From the IMG/VR virus record IMGVR_UViG_2671180986_000005: a stretch of DNA of 14,395 nt. One strand, 5' to 3'. Below are positions 12,927-14,395 of this stretch, piece after piece. Made by a program: the position numbers and the translations under genes. The DNA comes from a virus (taxonomy: Duplodnaviria; Heunggongvirae; Uroviricota; Caudoviricetes). Below the pieces are notes generated by a model, which worked only from the letters and a program-made list of their open reading frames with translations, made no database searches and was not told the DNA's origin. How positions within the stretch are numbered: the first letter of the stretch is position 1; each line of letters opens with the position of its first letter.

Positions 12927-13103
12927 TGTTCATTCCACGGACAAAAACAGAGAAAGGAAACGACAGAGGCCAAAAAGCCCGTTTTCAGCACCTGTCGTTT
13001 CCTTTCTTTTCAGGGGGTGTTTTAAATAAAAACATTAGGTTACGGCGAAGAAGAACGGAAACGCCTTAAACCGGAAAATTGTCATAAATAGCGAAAACCC
13101 GCG
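12927..13103 (-). promoter_or_regulatory. cosB: terminase Nu1-binding region with three R elements (core CGTTTCC), two in one orientation and one inverted
   Basis: Core GGAAACG/CGTTTCC occurs three times between cosN and the Nu1 ATG: about 12952-12966 (aggaaacgacag), about 12991-13006 (ctgtcgtttcctttc, inverted) and about 13053-13065 (gaacggaaacgcc). Arrangement as lambda R1, R2, R3. Confidence 0.65.
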
Positions 13104-13115
13104 CGCCTTCCGCCC
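13104..13115 (-). other. cosN (terminase nicking site, 12-nt cohesive-end sequence) with cosQ-side flank to about 13150
   Basis: Minus strand reads ...gatccgacaggttac GGGGCGGAAGGCG CGCGGGTTTTCGCTATTTATGA...; flanks on both sides match the lambda right end / left end junction as I recall it. Coordinates are within 1-2 nt. Confidence 0.7.
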
Positions 13116-13150
13116 CGTAACCTGTCGGATCGCCGGAAAGGACCCGCAAA

Positions 13151-13253
13151 ATGATAATAATTATCATCTACATGTCACAACGTGCATCTACGCCATCAAA
13201 CCACGTCAAATAATCAATTATGACGCAGGTATCGTATTAATTGATCTGCATCA
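13151..13253. repeat. cos-flank element copy 1 (~105 bp), begins with 17-bp palindrome ATGATAATAATTATCAT; runs into masked block
   Basis: Direct repeat with copy 2; last ~60 bp nearly identical (cgccatcaaaccacg..aaataatcaattatgacgcaggtatcgtattaattgatctgcatca). Reverse complement resembles the last ~110 bp of the lambda genome as I recall it. Confidence 0.7.
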
Positions 13254-13376
13254 NNNNNNNNNNNNNNNNNNNNNNNNNNNNNNNNNNNNNNNNNNNNNNN
13301 NNNNNNNNNNNNNNNNNNNNNNNNNNNNNNNNNNNNNNNNNNNNNNNNNNNNNNNNNNNNNNNNNNNNNNNACGAA

Positions 13377-13486
13377 ATGATAATTATTATCATCTATATA
13401 AGGTTTATCACAACATGTGTGTACGCCATCAAACCACGAGAAATAATCAATTATGACGCAGGTATCGTATTAATTGATCTGCATCA
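13377..13486. repeat. cos-flank element copy 2, begins with palindrome ATGATAATTATTATCAT
   Basis: About 85 percent identical to copy 1 with small indels in the middle; preceded by masked block 13254-13371. Confidence 0.7.
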
Positions 13487-13547
13487 ACTTAACGTAAAAA
13501 CAACTTCAGACAATACAAATCAGCGACACTGAATACAGGGCAACCTC

Positions 13548-13733
13548 ATGTCAACGAAGAACAGAACCCGCAGAACAACAACCCGCAACATCCGATTTCC
13601 AAACCAGATGATTGAACAAATTAACATCGCTCTTGATCTGAAAGGTTCAGGAAACTTTTCAGCGTGGGTTATTGAAGCCTGCAGAAGAAGGCTGTCAACA
13701 GAGAGTTCGGGTATGAATTACATAATTAAGTAA
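13548..13733 (+). CDS. small basic protein (61 aa) with ribbon-helix-helix-like pattern; possibly a YlcI/YnfO-type (DUF3950-like) cos-adjacent prophage protein
   Basis: ATG with AGGG 7 nt upstream; MSTKNRTRRTTTRNIRFPNQMIEQINIALDLKGSGNFSAWVIEACRRRLSTESSGMNYIIK: basic N-tail, then RNIRFP (beta strand), NQMIEQINIAL (helix), glycine turn, AWVIEACRRRL (helix), as in Arc/CopG-type proteins. Family assignment is from memory, not a search. Confidence 0.55.
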   Translation: MSTKNRTRRTTTRNIRFPNQMIEQINIALDLKGSGNFSAWVIEACRRRLSTESSGMNYIIK

Positions 13734-13847
13734 CATGGTGTTCACAGAACACGCAGTTACCGGACACATCAGTTTTCCATTCGCTCCCTGGCAGTACAGG
13801 CTTCCCCTCTGACGGGATAGCCTGAAAAAATAACACAGAAAATTATT

Positions 13848-13856
13848 TGTTATAAT
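13848..13856 (+). promoter_or_regulatory. candidate extended -10 promoter (TGtTATAAT) without a clear -35
   Basis: tgt tataat at 13848-13856 within the AT-rich ORF-poor region; a transcript from about 13863 would be antisense to the small minus-strand ORF at 13866-13997. Confidence 0.25.
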
Positions 13857-14395
13857 TAATATAACTTACTCAAAAAAAAGCGACGAGAAAATCAGCATCA
13901 ACGAACAATAAGCGCCAATACGTGATAACAAATGGCAGCCATATTTATCTGCAGTATAAGCAATGGACAGGATAACCACACCAGAAACCGTCAGCATAAA
14001 ATCCATTTGAACTTCCCCGGACAAAATCGACTCATCTAAAGATTTACAGCTCTTTTTATTATTAATATGTTAAAAGCAAAATAAACAGATGTTCAATAAC
14101 ACGAATACAAAAACGTGCTGAAATTCAATGAATCCATTTCTGTGTCATCAATTAATAGTGATAAACATCCGGCTTCTTCCACCATCGCACCGGACAGGCG
14201 ACTATGAGGGGACAACGCCGCGCTCCGTTAACGCGGTAAACCCCGGTGTGTATCGTTTTTGATTATCCCCGCACACTCGCGCAGAGGAGTCTCCCTGTCG
14301 GGCTGCGGTCTCTGTTAATGAGGGAATACAGCGACGATACGGCGCATTGAGGTGTACTGGCAATAGCGGACACTACCATTTGTTCTTTTTTTAAG

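Noticed and set aside
12445-13025. Plus-strand ORFs 12445..12807 and 12486..13025 and minus ORF 12785..12991
   Set aside because: Antisense or alternative-frame to Nu1 and extending into cosB, which is a non-coding protein-binding region.
13241-13456. 71-aa plus-strand ORF across the masked block
   Set aside because: Starts at a TTG, is about 60 percent X, and lies within the repeated cos-flank element.
13151-13486. Possible CRISPR array or IS inverted repeats suggested by the repeated element
   Set aside because: Only two copies, about 105 bp long with an irregular spacer, no cas genes and no transposase; position and sequence indicate a duplicated cos-flank segment.
13735-13812. 25-aa ORF (MVFTEHAVTGHISFPFAPWQYRLPL) starting 1 nt after the RHH gene stop
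   Set aside because: Too short and without supporting RBS or homology to call; could be tested by ribosome profiling.
13790-13830. Hairpin (caggcttcccc...gggatagcctg) after the RHH gene as an intrinsic terminator
   Set aside because: It is followed by an A-run on the plus strand and preceded by the T-run on the minus strand, so it does not have terminator geometry for either strand.
14160-14395. GC-richer segment as a tRNA or a coding gene running off the window edge
   Set aside because: No cloverleaf-compatible arrangement recognised by eye; all three minus-strand frames entering from the edge hit stops within about 130 nt; no plus-strand frame is open to the edge for more than about 50 nt.

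Overview
This window is the late-gene packaging, head and tail-shaft module of a lambda-like (lambdoid) phage or prophage, read almost entirely on the minus strand in lambda order: cos, Nu1, A, W, B, C/Nu3, D, E, FI, FII, Z, U, V, G/T, H. H runs off the left edge. Every unmasked gene junction has the spacing or overlap I remember for phage lambda (recalled, not searched). Seven N-masked blocks (759-1207, 1254-1626, 1639-1842, 4596-5123, 7268-7653, 8596-9070, 13254-13371) hide parts of H, FII/Z, C/Nu3/D, B/C and a repeat, so several gene ends are estimates. Three things depart from lambda: the head protease gene C is split by a frameshift at about 8343-8350; the 12-nt cohesive-end sequence at cosN differs in its 3' half; and the region past cos (13117-14395) is not lambda-like beyond the first ~140 bp. 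That accessory region holds a tandemly repeated ~105-bp cos-flank element, one small ORF with a ribbon-helix-helix-like pattern, and about 660 bp with no ORF of 60 aa or more. It is the most likely place for anything undescribed, but I cannot assign a function from sequence alone. No rRNA, tRNA, CRISPR array or transposase was seen. Plus-strand ORFs in the track over 1-12900 are antisense to the structural genes and are not called.
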